Source of the DNA: Vicinamibacteria bacterium
GTDB lineage: Bacteria > Acidobacteriota > Vicinamibacteria > Fen-336 > CBDFGD01
DNA length: 64,000 nt
Direction: 5' to 3'
NCBI GenBank assembly: GCA_965246965.1
Contig: CBDFGD010000002.1
Coordinates: forward strand, 1,612,890 to 1,676,889
Under the pieces are notes generated by a model, which was not told the DNA's origin, did not search any database, and saw nothing but the letters and a program-made list of their open reading frames with translations. This document shows positions 29,697 to 39,832 of the stretch, piece after piece. The stretch's first letter is position 1. Each line of letters opens with the position of its first letter. The position numbers and the translations under genes were made by a program.

Positions 29697-30166
29697 GTGC
29701 GCTGCTTTAGGTGGCTGGACGACGGGATGCTGCGCATCGAGCCACGCGTCGCCGTCGAGGGCGCCGCCTCGTACGTCACCCGGCAGCGAGGCCCGGCGTT
29801 CATCGGCCACACGGTCAACAGCTACGCACTGATCCTGGCGGGTGTCGGCGTTCAGGCGCGCTGGCTCGTGAGTCGCAGCGCCCGCATCGGGCGACGGCAG
29901 GCCGCGATCCTGATCGCGAGTGCTCTGACGACGATGTTGGTAAACCTCATCTACCTCTTCGGCCCTTCGGTGCAGAGCGCGCGATCGAGCCCGTCTACAC
30001 GACGCGCCACGACGGAACCGGACTCGGGCTGGCCATCTGCCACAAGATGGTGTCGCTCCACGGCGGGCGACTGCGTGTCGGCAACGCCGAGACAGGCGGC
30101 GGGGAGGTTCGCCTGAGCCTGCCGAGAACGCGGCCACCGGATGCCGGGGCGGCCGCAGCCCGCTGA
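29697..30166 (+). pseudogene. Histidine-kinase remnant (transmembrane segments plus a C-terminal HATPase_c G2-box fragment in two frames)
   Basis: …HDGTGLGLAICHKMVSLHGGRL… lies in one frame. Hydrophobic transmembrane sequence lies in another. There are no H-box or N-box and only about 470 bp in total. Confidence 0.4.
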
Positions 30167-30246
30167 GCCGCGTGCTATAGTCCGGCTCCCTTCGCTCGGT
30201 AAAAGAAGCCCCGAACGGCTGTTGGGGCCCTACCGGGGCAGCGCAG

Positions 30247-30984
30247 ATGGGCGAGTTTTTCCAAGCGGCCTTCGCCTTCCCCACCGTGGTTCTCACGGCG
30301 CTGATGGGGCTGGTGCTCGCCTACTGGCTGGTCTTCATGATGGGGATGGCCGACCTGGACATCCTCGGCTCCGGCGACGCGATAGGCGGAGCGGGTGAAG
30401 AAGCGGCTGAGGCCGCAGTCGAGGCGGTCGCGGGGGATGGCGGCGGGGTCGATGGGCTGGACGGTGGTGAAGGCGGTTGGCTGGAGAGGCTCCGCAACGC
30501 CGGGCTGACCCAGGTCCCCATCACGCTGACGTTGAGCATCCTCATCTTCTTCTCCTGGACGCTCAGCCTGCTCGGCGTCCGGCTGCTCCAGCGCTTCGGC
30601 ATCGCCGCGGAGAGTGCCGACGGACCGGGGCCCGTGTGGGCGTCGGTCATTCTCGTGGCGGCTCTGTTCGGCGGCGCGCTGGCCACCCTCGCCTCGCTGA
30701 ACCCGCTGCGCCCGCTGTTCGTGCGCCACGACGCGCCTTCGCGCGCCAGCTTCGTCGGCACCGAGTGCACGATCTTCTCCCAGAGAGTCGACGCCAGCTT
30801 CGGCCTCGCCGAGATCGAGGACGGCGGCGCCGGATTGCGTGTCGACGTCCGCTGCCTCGAGGCGACCCTGAAACGCGGCGACAAGGCGCGAGTCGTCCGC
30901 TGCGACGAAGACGTCGAGGTCTTCTTCGTCCGCGCGCTCGAGGCCGCATCGAACGAGTCCCCCTCAACACCAACAAACAAGTGA
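30247..30984 (+). CDS. YqiJ-like inner-membrane protein with NfeD-type C-terminal OB-fold
   Basis: Two transmembrane hairpins separated by a Gly/Asp/Ala-rich loop, then a C-terminal beta-rich domain. Position immediately upstream of a flotillin gene matches the yqiJ-yqiK/nfeD-floT arrangement. Confidence 0.55.
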   Translation: MGEFFQAAFAFPTVVLTALMGLVLAYWLVFMMGMADLDILGSGDAIGGAGEEAAEAAVEAVAGDGGGVDGLDGGEGGWLERLRNAGLTQVPITLTLSILIFFSWTLSLLGVRLLQRFGIAAESADGPGPVWASVILVAALFGGALATLASLNPLRPLFVRHDAPSRASFVGTECTIFSQRVDASFGLAEIEDGGAGLRVDVRCLEATLKRGDKARVVRCDEDVEVFFVRALEAASNESPSTPTNK

Positions 30985-30991
30985 GGTCACC

Positions 30992-33010
30992 ATGTCGGGA
31001 TTGATACTAGGTCCGATCTTCGCCGGCGCGATCATCCTGCTCGGCCTGCTCGGCAGCCTGGCTCGCTTCTACAAGAAGGTCGAGCAGGGCAAGGCGCTCG
31101 TCGTCAACCGGCTGCGCCCCGACCAGCTGGACGTGACCTTCACGGGCACCTACGTCCTGCCGATCATCCACAAAGCCGAGCTGATGGACATCTCGGTCAA
31201 GACGCTCGAGATCGATCGCCGGGCCGAAGACGGCCTGATCTGCCAGGACAACATCCGTGCCGACATCAAGGTGACGTTCTTCGTCCGCGTCAACAAATCG
31301 AAGAACGACGTGATCAAGGTCGCCCAGTCGATCGGCTGCAAGCGGGCGTCGGACAAGGTGACGCTCGACGAGCTGTTCAGCGCCAAGTTCTCCGAGGCGC
31401 TCAAGACGGTCGGCAAGCAGCTCGACTTCGTCGACCTCTACACCAAGCGCGAGGAGTTCCGCGACCAGATCATCGGCGTCATCGGCCGCGACCTGAACGG
31501 CTACTTCCTCGAGGATTGCGCGATCGACTACCTGGAGCAGACGCCGCTCAAGGCTCTCGACCCGAACAACATCCTCGACGCCCAGGGGATCCACAAGATC
31601 ACCCAGCTGACCGCCTCCGAGCACGTCTCTACGAACGAGTGGCAGAACGACGAGCAGAAGAAGATCCGCAAGCAGGACGTCGAGGCGACCGAGGCGATCC
31701 TCGAGCTGAATCGTCAGCAGGCGGACGCCGAGGCCAAGCAGCAGCGCGAGATCCAGAGCGTCCGCGCCCGCGAGGAGGCCGAGACCCGCAAGATCCAGTC
31801 CGAGGAGCGGCTCAAGGCCGAGAACGCCCGCATCAAGGCCGACGAGGAGATCGCGATCAACGAGGAGAACATGCGCCGCCAGGTCGAGGTCGCGCAGAAG
31901 AACCGCGAGCGCGTCATCGGCGTCGAAACCGAGCGTGTCGAGAAGGACCGGCACCTGGAGCAGATCTCGCGCGAACGCGAGACGGAGCTGCAGACCATAG
32001 AGAAGGATAAGGAGGTCGAAAAGGAGAAGCGCGAGATCGCCAACGTGATCCGCGAGCGCATCGCCGTCGAGAAGACCGTCGCCGAGCAGGAGGAGGCGAT
32101 CAAGCGCGTGCGCGTCGTGGAGGAGGCCGAGCGCCTCAGGGAGGCGGCGGTCATCACGGCATCAGCGGAGGCCGAGGAGCTGCTGATCAAGGACATCAAG
32201 GCCGCCGAGGCGGCCGAGAAGGCGGCCAAACACCGGGCGCAGGAGCAGATCACGCTCGCCGATGCCGATCTCGAGGCGTCGGACCGGACCGCTCGCGCCA
32301 AGATCCGCCTCGCCGAAGGCGTGCAGGCCGAGGAGGCGGCGAGCGGTCTCGCCACTGTGAAGGTCAAGGAAGCCGACGCGATCGCCGTCGAGAAGCTGGG
32401 CCGCGCCGAGGCGATTGTCACGCGCGACAAGGGCGACGCCGAGGCCGAGGTGATCCGCAAGACGGGCCTCTCCGAGGCGGAGGCACTGCGCGAGAAGCTG
32501 CTCGGCGAAGCCGCGGGTCTGACCGAAAAGGCCACCGCGATGAAGGAGTTCGACGACGCTACCCGGGAGCACGAGGAGTTCCGCCTCGATATCGAGAACA
32601 AGCGAGTGCTGACGCTGGAAGAGATCCAGGCCCGCAAGGAGGTCGCCGAGGCGACGGCGAAGGTCCTCGCCACGGCGCTCAAGGAGGCCCGCATCGACAT
32701 CGTCGGCGGCGAGAGCATGTTCGTCGATCGCCTCGTCAGCGCGATCTCGATGGGCAAGGCGGCCGACGGCTTCGTGGATCGTTCCGACAAGACCCAGGCC
32801 CTGCTCGGGGAGTACCTCGACGGGCGCACGAGCCTGCCCAGCGAGGTGAAGGGAGCGCTCGAGGCCGTTGCCGCGAGCAGCGCCAGGGGCGTCACCCTCG
32901 GCGCGCTGCTCGGCAAGCTCGCCGAGCAGACCAGTGGACGCGACAAGACCGCGCTGCGCTCTCTGCTCGACAAGGTCAAGGAGCTCAAGCTGGACACACT
33001 CGGGACCTAG
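30992..33010 (+). CDS. Flotillin-family SPFH/band-7 protein (YqiK-like) with long coiled-coil
   Basis: N-terminal transmembrane helix, an SPFH domain and an extended E/A/K/R-rich coiled-coil with Ala-Glu-Ala repeats. 672 aa. Confidence 0.8.
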   Translation: MSGLILGPIFAGAIILLGLLGSLARFYKKVEQGKALVVNRLRPDQLDVTFTGTYVLPIIHKAELMDISVKTLEIDRRAEDGLICQDNIRADIKVTFFVRVNKSKNDVIKVAQSIGCKRASDKVTLDELFSAKFSEALKTVGKQLDFVDLYTKREEFRDQIIGVIGRDLNGYFLEDCAIDYLEQTPLKALDPNNILDAQGIHKITQLTASEHVSTNEWQNDEQKKIRKQDVEATEAILELNRQQADAEAKQQREIQSVRAREEAETRKIQSEERLKAENARIKADEEIAINEENMRRQVEVAQKNRERVIGVETERVEKDRHLEQISRERETELQTIEKDKEVEKEKREIANVIRERIAVEKTVAEQEEAIKRVRVVEEAERLREAAVITASAEAEELLIKDIKAAEAAEKAAKHRAQEQITLADADLEASDRTARAKIRLAEGVQAEEAASGLATVKVKEADAIAVEKLGRAEAIVTRDKGDAEAEVIRKTGLSEAEALREKLLGEAAGLTEKATAMKEFDDATREHEEFRLDIENKRVLTLEEIQARKEVAEATAKVLATALKEARIDIVGGESMFVDRLVSAISMGKAADGFVDRSDKTQALLGEYLDGRTSLPSEVKGALEAVAASSARGVTLGALLGKLAEQTSGRDKTALRSLLDKVKELKLDTLGT

Positions 33011-33034
33011 CCGCTCCTCCGCGAGAGCCATCGA

Positions 33035-36000
33035 GTGGCGGATCAAGAGCAGACCGAGCCGCAAGCGAGCCCGGAGATCGAACGCGGGGCCTACGAGGTC
33101 ATCCGCGAGCGACTCGTCGCGCGTGCGAAGGAGCTTCAGCAGAAGACGGACTCCCTCAACGAGCGCCGCGTCGAGCTGTTTGGTCGCACGGAGTTCGAGC
33201 TGCTCGGGACGGAGCGCCTGCGCACGGCGAACAACTGTGTGCCGCGGGACGTGGTGCAGGTGGGGGGTCGCCTGCTGTTCGGCTACAACGTGCACATCGG
33301 CCTGCGCACGGAGACGCGCGTGGACGACGTCTTCTCATTGCACCGCTTCGAGGCGGAGGAGAACGGCTTTCGCTTCGAGGAGATCCAGCAGGGACCGGAG
33401 CGAGCGTTCCTCGACGACGAGGCGTTCGTCCGGGACTTCAAAGAGCTGTACCAGTACTACAAGTCGGCGAGGCTGCTGCAGCTGCGCCAGCTCGAGACGA
33501 AGCTGCTCGCCGCGTTCCAGATCGGCGCCCAGCTCAGCGACATCAAAGTGTTCCGTTGGGACGTCGATGGGGATGGGCTCGCCAGCTACCGCGACAACCG
33601 CGGCGAGCGCGACCACGCCTTCCCCGCCCCCCACGACTTCGAGTGGACCCAGACGACCCGCGAGAACCACGTCCAGGGTCGCTTCCCACACGTCTCGATC
33701 CTCGACGAGGTCTTCGTCGAGACCGTCGGCGGCGACCTCACGATCAAGATCGAGAACAACACCGATGCTGGCCTCGGAATATATGCCGAGCCGGTCGAGG
33801 ACGAGCGCCAGTCTCTCGATGACGCCGAGATCCACTACGCCAAGGTCGGCCCCCTCATCATTATTAAGGTGCTTCCCTACCGGGAGCGCGAGTTCCGCTA
33901 CTTCGTCTTCAACACGCTGACACACGGCGTCGAACGGATCGACGCGATCGGCCAGGCGTGTCTCCAACTCCCCGAGGATCATGGCCTCGTCTTCCCCGGC
34001 GGCTACTACCTGCGCTCGGGCCACAAGAAGCTCTTCGACGGCGACTGGACCAGCCTCGAGTTCCAGCGGCAGGTCCGGGCGCCGAACGGCGAGGACGTGC
34101 TCTACGTGTTCCACGAGCGCGCTGAGGGGCGCTCCGTCCTGCTCCCCTACAACCTGATCCGCAAGGAGGTCCGCAACCCCGTCCCTTGTCACGGCTTCAG
34201 TCGCTTCGCCGACGGGCGCATGGTCGTGCTGCGCGCGCAATCGGAAGAGCCGACGCGGGTTCACCCGATGCAGACGTGGCAGACGCCATTCTGCAGCGAG
34301 GAGCACGCGGCCGAGGCACCGGAGGTGGAAGGCGACCTCGGCAAGATCGGCAACACCGAGCTGGTGCGCGGGATCTCCGAAGCTCTCAGCCTCGTGCGCA
34401 TGACGAATGACGTCGAGCCGACGCGCGAGGTCTACGAGGAGCTGATCTCGACGGCACAGCGGATGCTCGACGCGTACTACTGGCTGGACTCGCCCGACGC
34501 CTCGGGCATGAACGAGAGCGTCGAGTCGATTCGCGAGACGGCCGAGAAGGTCATCGACGAGTTCGAGAAGGTCGAGGCGATCCGCCGCTCGACGCGGGGG
34601 CGCGTCGCCGAAGCCGCCGGCAACGTCCAGGAGCTGCTTCGGACTCTCGACCCTGAGGCGTGGAAGAGCGTGCCGCCCTTCGTCGACGCGCTCGTCGAGC
34701 TGCGCCGTCAGCGCGGCATGGTCATCACGCTGCGCGACCTTCGCTACGTCGACCGGGCGGCGCTCGATGGCCTCGAGGCACGCGTCGTGGAGGCGTTCGA
34801 CAAAGTGGCCGCCGGGGCGACCGACTTCCTCGCCACCGAGGAGGCTCTCCAGCCCTATCACGCCGAGATCGCCGCGCTCGAGGAGGCGAGCGAGGCCGTC
34901 GCCACCGTCCATGAGCTGCAGCCTCAGCTCGAAGGGCTGAATGACCTCGCCGGCAAGCTGGATGCGCTCTCGGAGATCGTGACCGGCATCGAGATCGACG
35001 ACGCTACGGTGCGCACGCGCATCCTCGAGGGGATCTCCGAGGTGCTGGGCGGCCTCAACCGCGCTCGCGCCGTCGTCGAGGGGCGCCGCAAGCAGCTGCG
35101 CTCGGGTGAGGCGGTCGCGGAGTTCGGCGTGCAGTTCCAGCTCTTCAGCCAGAGCGTCACGAGCGCCCTGGCCATGGCCGATTCGCCCGAGCGCTGCGAC
35201 GAGCAGCTCTCGCGCCTGATGCTGCAGCTCGAGGAGCTGGAAGGGCGCTTCGGCGAGTTCGACGACTTTCTGCTCCAGCTTCAGACGAAACGGGAGGAGG
35301 TCTACGAAGCCGTCAGCTCCAAGAAGCAGCTGCTGCTGGACCAGCGCCAGCGTCGTAGCGACGCCCTCGTCGAGGCCGCCGAACGGATTCTCTCGAGCAT
35401 CACGCGGCGCACGGCCGGGATCGCCAGCGACGACGAGCTGGCCGCCTACTTCGCCGGCGACGCGATGGTCGCAAAGCTGCGCGACCTGGTCGAGAAGCTG
35501 CGCGCTCTCGGCGCGGCCGTGCGAGCCGACGAGCTCGAGGCCCGGCTCAAGGCAACGCGTACAGACGCGTCCCGATCGCTGCGCGACCGCGAGGATCTCT
35601 ACGAGGAGGGAGCGGAGGTCATCCGTCTCGGCAAGCACCGCTTCGCCGTCAACACCCGCCGCCTCGACCTGACCCTCGTCCCCCGCGGCGACGGCATGTC
35701 CCTGCATCTCACCGGGACCGAGTTCTACGAGCCGTTCGACGACCCGGAGTTCGAGAAGACGAAGGATCTATGGAGCCAGGAGCTGGTGTCGGAGACGACC
35801 GACGTCTATCGCGGCGAATACCTGGCCGCCGAGATCCTCGCCGCCGCAGAGGAAGAGCGCGACGGCTTGACGTTGTCCCTGTTGCTCGAGAAGTCACACG
35901 ACAAAGCCTCCGGCGAGCTGCTCGAGCTGGTTCGCAAGTACGCTTCGGAGCGATACGACGAGGGGTACGAGCGCGGCGTTCACGACGCCGACACCGCACT

Positions 36001-38533
36001 CATCCTCCAGAAGCTGCTCGGCATCTACGCCACGGCCGACCTGCTGCGCTTCGCGCCCCGTCCCCGCGCGTTCGCCTCTCTCTTCTGGTCGCAGCTGGGC
36101 GACCGTACGCTGCGTGAGTCGTGGCAACGGCGGGCGCGTAGCCTCGGACGGATGCGCGCGAGCTTCGCGCACAGCCCGGCGATCGATGCCTTCACGCTGG
36201 AGCTGGCGCGGGCCATCGGCGCGTTCTGTGAAGAGCGTGCCATCGCGCTCGACCCGCAGGACACACGCGTGGCCGGCTCCTACCTGTTCGAGGAGTTGGG
36301 GCGCGACCCCATGCGCTTCACCGTCAGCGCGGAGGCCGTGCAGCTGCGCGACGCCTTCTTCGAGCAGCTGGCGGCCGACGGCTCGCGCCGCGAGCTCGAG
36401 CACGACATCCGAGAACTGCAGGGAGACCTGAAGAACCTCTACTCCCTGGTCGAGGCCTGGGTGGCCGCCTTCGTCGACCGAACGGAGCGGCCGGAGATCG
36501 CCGATTTCCGGCCGGCGCTCGAAGGCGCGGCGGTGCTCATCGTCGCCGACGAGCGCCTCGATCGCGACACGTCGAGCGCGTTGCCGAAGGTGTCCGTCGC
36601 CGGCCTGCTCGGCCATCACGGTCGGATCAACGATCGCAGCCTCTCGTTGCGACTGGACGAGTTCCTCTCGCGTCTCGGTCGCTTCCGACACGAGCGCGTC
36701 CCGGCATTCCGGGCTTTCCAGGAGCTGCGCCACTCGCTGCTCGAGCGCGAGCGCCGCCGCCTCCGGATCACCGAGTTCGAGCCCCGCGTGATGAGCTCGT
36801 TCGTCAGGAACCGGCTGATCGACGAGGTGTATCTACCGATCATCGGAGACAACCTCGCCAAGCAGATTGGCGCCACAGGCGAGGGCAAGCGTACCGACCT
36901 GATGGGACTGCTGCTCCTGATCTCACCGCCGGGCTATGGCAAGACCACGCTGATGGAGTACATCGCCAATCGGCTGGGCATGGTCTTCATGAAGATCAAC
37001 GGGCCGGCCCTCGGCCACTCCGTCACCTCCCTCGACCCCGCCGCCGCGGGCAACGCAACCGCGCGCCAGGAGGTCGACAAGATCAACCTCGCCCTCGAGA
37101 TGGGCAGCAACGTCCTGCTCTACCTCGACGACATTCAACACACGCACCCGGAGCTGCTGCAGAAGTTCATCTCGCTGTGCGACGCGCAGCGCCGCATCGA
37201 AGGCGTGTGGAGGGACCACACGCGCACCTACGACCTGAAGGGCAAGCGCTTCTACGTGTGCATGGCCGGCAACCCGTACACCGAGTCAGGCGAGAAGTTC
37301 CAGATCCCCGACATGCTCGCCAACCGTGCCGACGTCTACAACCTCGGCGAGGTGCTCGAGGGGAAGGACGACCTCTTCGCGTTGAGCTACCTCGAGAACG
37401 CCCTCACATCGAGCGCGACACTGGCGCCCCTGACGACGCGAGATCACGACGACATCCACAAGCTGGTCGGCCTCGCGAAGAACGACGGGACGACGCCCGA
37501 CCAGCTCTCCCACCCCTACTCGGCACCCGAGCTGGAGGAGATCGTCTCCGTGCTCCGCAAGCTGATGAGCGTTCAGGAAGTCGTGCTGACGGTGAATCGT
37601 CAGTACATCCTCTCGGCATCGCAGGAAGACGCTTTCCGCACCGAGCCCCGCTTCCAGCTTCAGGGCAGCTACCGCAACATGAACAAGCTCGCCGAGAAGA
37701 CCGTCGCGGTGATGAACGATGACGAGCTGGAAGCGCTCGTTGACGACCACTACCTCGGAGAGTCGCAGACGCTGACGACGGGCGCCGAACACAACCTGCT
37801 CAAGCTGGCCGAGCTGCGGGGCCGGATGAGCGACGAGCAGAAACTGCGCTGGACCGAGATCAAGCGCACCTACGCCCGCATCCAGACGACCGGGGGCGAC
37901 GACGATCCGGTGACGCGGGTGACGGGTCAGCTCGGCCTCATGTCCGATCGTCTGGCAGACATCGCGGCGCGCATCGCGACGGCAGTGACGGACGGAGGGA
38001 GCGCGGCGGGAAGGCAGGACCTGGGAGCATCGCTGCTCCCCGTCCTCGAGAAGATGCAGCAGGCCGGCGTGGGCACGCCGCGCGAGACGGGCCTCAGCCC
38101 CGAGGCCGTCTCGGTCATCACGACGCACCTCGGTGAGCTGTCAGCCAAGCTCGGCGCGATCGGCGCGGCGATCGACGACGCCGCCAGCCGAGCACCCGCC
38201 GCGGCCGAAGCCGAGGCGCCGCTGCAGCCCTACCTCGACAAGCTGCAAGATGCCGTCGAAGCGATGTCGGCCAAGGGCGGCACGCGCCGCGAGGTGATTC
38301 AGACCCTGCCCGGCGGCGTCGGCGACCTGCTCGACGATCTGGCTCAGCAGGTCTCGGACTCGGTGATGCCGGCCCTACGGGGCATCTCGCGTCGCATCGA
38401 GGGCTCGGACGACAAGGTCGACCGCCGCGCCCGCACCGAAATCTCCAAGGCCCTCAAGCAGCTCGACCAGCTTCGCGATCTCGCCGGTGCGCTGCGGCGG
38501 CTGGACACCCGCGGCATCGGGGAGGAAAGCTAG
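33035..38533 (+). CDS. Giant (1832-aa) AAA+/P-loop ATPase-containing protein of unknown function, co-operonic with flotillin
   Basis: Walker A …LLISPPGYGKTTL… at about 36925-36950 and Walker B …VLLYLDDIQH… at about 37117-37143. Long predicted coiled-coil/helical regions. About 450-aa N-terminal and about 350-aa C-terminal regions carry no recognisable motif. Only 25 bp separate it from the flotillin stop. Confidence 0.7.
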   Translation: MADQEQTEPQASPEIERGAYEVIRERLVARAKELQQKTDSLNERRVELFGRTEFELLGTERLRTANNCVPRDVVQVGGRLLFGYNVHIGLRTETRVDDVFSLHRFEAEENGFRFEEIQQGPERAFLDDEAFVRDFKELYQYYKSARLLQLRQLETKLLAAFQIGAQLSDIKVFRWDVDGDGLASYRDNRGERDHAFPAPHDFEWTQTTRENHVQGRFPHVSILDEVFVETVGGDLTIKIENNTDAGLGIYAEPVEDERQSLDDAEIHYAKVGPLIIIKVLPYREREFRYFVFNTLTHGVERIDAIGQACLQLPEDHGLVFPGGYYLRSGHKKLFDGDWTSLEFQRQVRAPNGEDVLYVFHERAEGRSVLLPYNLIRKEVRNPVPCHGFSRFADGRMVVLRAQSEEPTRVHPMQTWQTPFCSEEHAAEAPEVEGDLGKIGNTELVRGISEALSLVRMTNDVEPTREVYEELISTAQRMLDAYYWLDSPDASGMNESVESIRETAEKVIDEFEKVEAIRRSTRGRVAEAAGNVQELLRTLDPEAWKSVPPFVDALVELRRQRGMVITLRDLRYVDRAALDGLEARVVEAFDKVAAGATDFLATEEALQPYHAEIAALEEASEAVATVHELQPQLEGLNDLAGKLDALSEIVTGIEIDDATVRTRILEGISEVLGGLNRARAVVEGRRKQLRSGEAVAEFGVQFQLFSQSVTSALAMADSPERCDEQLSRLMLQLEELEGRFGEFDDFLLQLQTKREEVYEAVSSKKQLLLDQRQRRSDALVEAAERILSSITRRTAGIASDDELAAYFAGDAMVAKLRDLVEKLRALGAAVRADELEARLKATRTDASRSLRDREDLYEEGAEVIRLGKHRFAVNTRRLDLTLVPRGDGMSLHLTGTEFYEPFDDPEFEKTKDLWSQELVSETTDVYRGEYLAAEILAAAEEERDGLTLSLLLEKSHDKASGELLELVRKYASERYDEGYERGVHDADTALILQKLLGIYATADLLRFAPRPRAFASLFWSQLGDRTLRESWQRRARSLGRMRASFAHSPAIDAFTLELARAIGAFCEERAIALDPQDTRVAGSYLFEELGRDPMRFTVSAEAVQLRDAFFEQLAADGSRRELEHDIRELQGDLKNLYSLVEAWVAAFVDRTERPEIADFRPALEGAAVLIVADERLDRDTSSALPKVSVAGLLGHHGRINDRSLSLRLDEFLSRLGRFRHERVPAFRAFQELRHSLLERERRRLRITEFEPRVMSSFVRNRLIDEVYLPIIGDNLAKQIGATGEGKRTDLMGLLLLISPPGYGKTTLMEYIANRLGMVFMKINGPALGHSVTSLDPAAAGNATARQEVDKINLALEMGSNVLLYLDDIQHTHPELLQKFISLCDAQRRIEGVWRDHTRTYDLKGKRFYVCMAGNPYTESGEKFQIPDMLANRADVYNLGEVLEGKDDLFALSYLENALTSSATLAPLTTRDHDDIHKLVGLAKNDGTTPDQLSHPYSAPELEEIVSVLRKLMSVQEVVLTVNRQYILSASQEDAFRTEPRFQLQGSYRNMNKLAEKTVAVMNDDELEALVDDHYLGESQTLTTGAEHNLLKLAELRGRMSDEQKLRWTEIKRTYARIQTTGGDDDPVTRVTGQLGLMSDRLADIAARIATAVTDGGSAAGRQDLGASLLPVLEKMQQAGVGTPRETGLSPEAVSVITTHLGELSAKLGAIGAAIDDAASRAPAAAEAEAPLQPYLDKLQDAVEAMSAKGGTRREVIQTLPGGVGDLLDDLAQQVSDSVMPALRGISRRIEGSDDKVDRRARTEISKALKQLDQLRDLAGALRRLDTRGIGEES

Positions 38534-38534
38534 C
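38291..38534 (+). repeat. 244-bp direct repeat copy 1 = native 3' end (last 77 codons plus stop) of the giant gene
   Basis: Aligns base-for-base with 40791-41034 at about 93% identity. Confidence 0.85.
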
Positions 38535-38558
38535 CGCCGCAGCAGTGCCGACCGGGGA

Positions 38559-39152
38559 TCAGAAAAGGCGGCAGCTCTTCATCACCATCTTGGTGATGCC
38601 TCTACCGTCGGTCGCGCGGGAATCGGACGGGTACTCAGTCTGGCCGGCGAAGTGCAGCGCTTCGTGAATCAGGATGATTGCGGCCCGTTTGTCGGACAGC
38701 CGGGCGAAGCGCGGGCACAGACCGACTGCCGAGCTTCCCACCGTCGTGACAGCGAGGCTGCCGCGACGGCAGTGCCTTCTCCGGTGTCTGGCGCCGGCGG
38801 GGTAGTACGAGCTGCTGTTGAGCTTCGCCTCGCCATCGACGCCGAAGCTCGCGACCAACGCTCGACAGGAAGGATTGTCGCGGAGGTGCTGCAATGCAAC
38901 CGGAATCGCAGTGTCGAGCCTGCTTGCGATGCCTGGTGACAGGCCCGGGTGCAGGACGGGTCCTTGCGCCGGAGTACCACTCGTGACCGCTGGCGGGCAC
39001 GAACGGCTCTCCAGAGAAGCGCGCTCCGAGGCGCCCTTCTCGACCGCCATCGCCCCCGGTTCTCCCGAGCCGGGATCCTGTTCAGACCCATAGACGACGG
39101 AAGCGACGATGACCGTCGTGAAGACGAGCGTCGAAGGACGATACGCCGACAT
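38559..39152 (-). CDS. Small secreted/membrane-anchored HExxH protein (putative zinc metallopeptidase)
   Basis: N-terminal hydrophobic segment and an ILIHEALHFAG motif near the C-terminus. 197 aa. Located inside the cassette bounded by the 244-bp repeats. Confidence 0.4.
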   Translation of the reverse strand: MSAYRPSTLVFTTVIVASVVYGSEQDPGSGEPGAMAVEKGASERASLESRSCPPAVTSGTPAQGPVLHPGLSPGIASRLDTAIPVALQHLRDNPSCRALVASFGVDGEAKLNSSSYYPAGARHRRRHCRRGSLAVTTVGSSAVGLCPRFARLSDKRAAIILIHEALHFAGQTEYPSDSRATDGRGITKMVMKSCRLF

Positions 39153-39574
39153 GCGAACACCCGAATCGCCCCCCGCGGCACGTCCACTCTCGCGTTCAAG
39201 CTCTCCGACTCGAACACGCCCTCTTGCTTAGTTAGTCACTTGGACGTCGGCGCGCGGGGTAAGGTTCGCGCGAAGTGCCGTTCACTTTCATTCTGCATGT
39301 TTTGCCACTTCGATAGTTCAAGCCCTCACACGAGTGCATGAGGATTGAACCGCAGATGCTCAATCTTTGAAACTAGTTGGCCATCGCCGAACGCAATCGT
39401 TCGCGGCCACGATCACGCAGATCAAACCATTCAATGAGTGGAACAACTCGGACGACACGGATGGTGAGACCGCGATCTCAGCGATGGCGCGCCTGACATC
39501 AGTGAGTGCGACGTCCAGGATCGCTGCCGCGGCGATGGAGACTACCGCGCCTCCCGACCAGCCCGATCACGCCG

Positions 39575-39778
39575 TCAGAAGATGGCGCCGACCTTCACGC
39601 GAACCCAGCGGACGTTCCTGTCCTGAAGGCAGTAGCAGGTGGCGGGCCCCTGGATCTCCCCGTCGATCCAACCGACCTCTTTCAGTACCTTGAGCTGCTG
39701 AGAGACGGTCGCCTGCGCTATGGCCCGGTGCTCGACCACATCCCGTGTGGCTGTTTCACTGCCTTCCCGCGTCAGCAC
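39575..39778 (-). pseudogene. ArsR/SmtB-family HTH regulator fragment (N-terminally truncated)
   Basis: …AIAQATVSQQLKVLKEVGWI…ATCYCL matches the ArsR recognition helix and wing. The N-terminal helices are missing. 67 codons. Confidence 0.45.
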
Positions 39779-39832
39779 GCATCGAGTAGTTGTTCGAATG
39801 GAGGAATCCGGCTGGCGGTCGCGCTCATCGCT

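Noticed and set aside
31714-32997. 427-aa Ser/Ala-rich minus-strand ORF
   Set aside because: Antisense to the flotillin coiled-coil region. Compositional artefact.
33335-35707. 790-aa minus-strand ORF
   Set aside because: Antisense to the giant AAA+ gene. Leu/Ala/Asp-rich mirror of the sense coiled-coil codons. No start context or domain.
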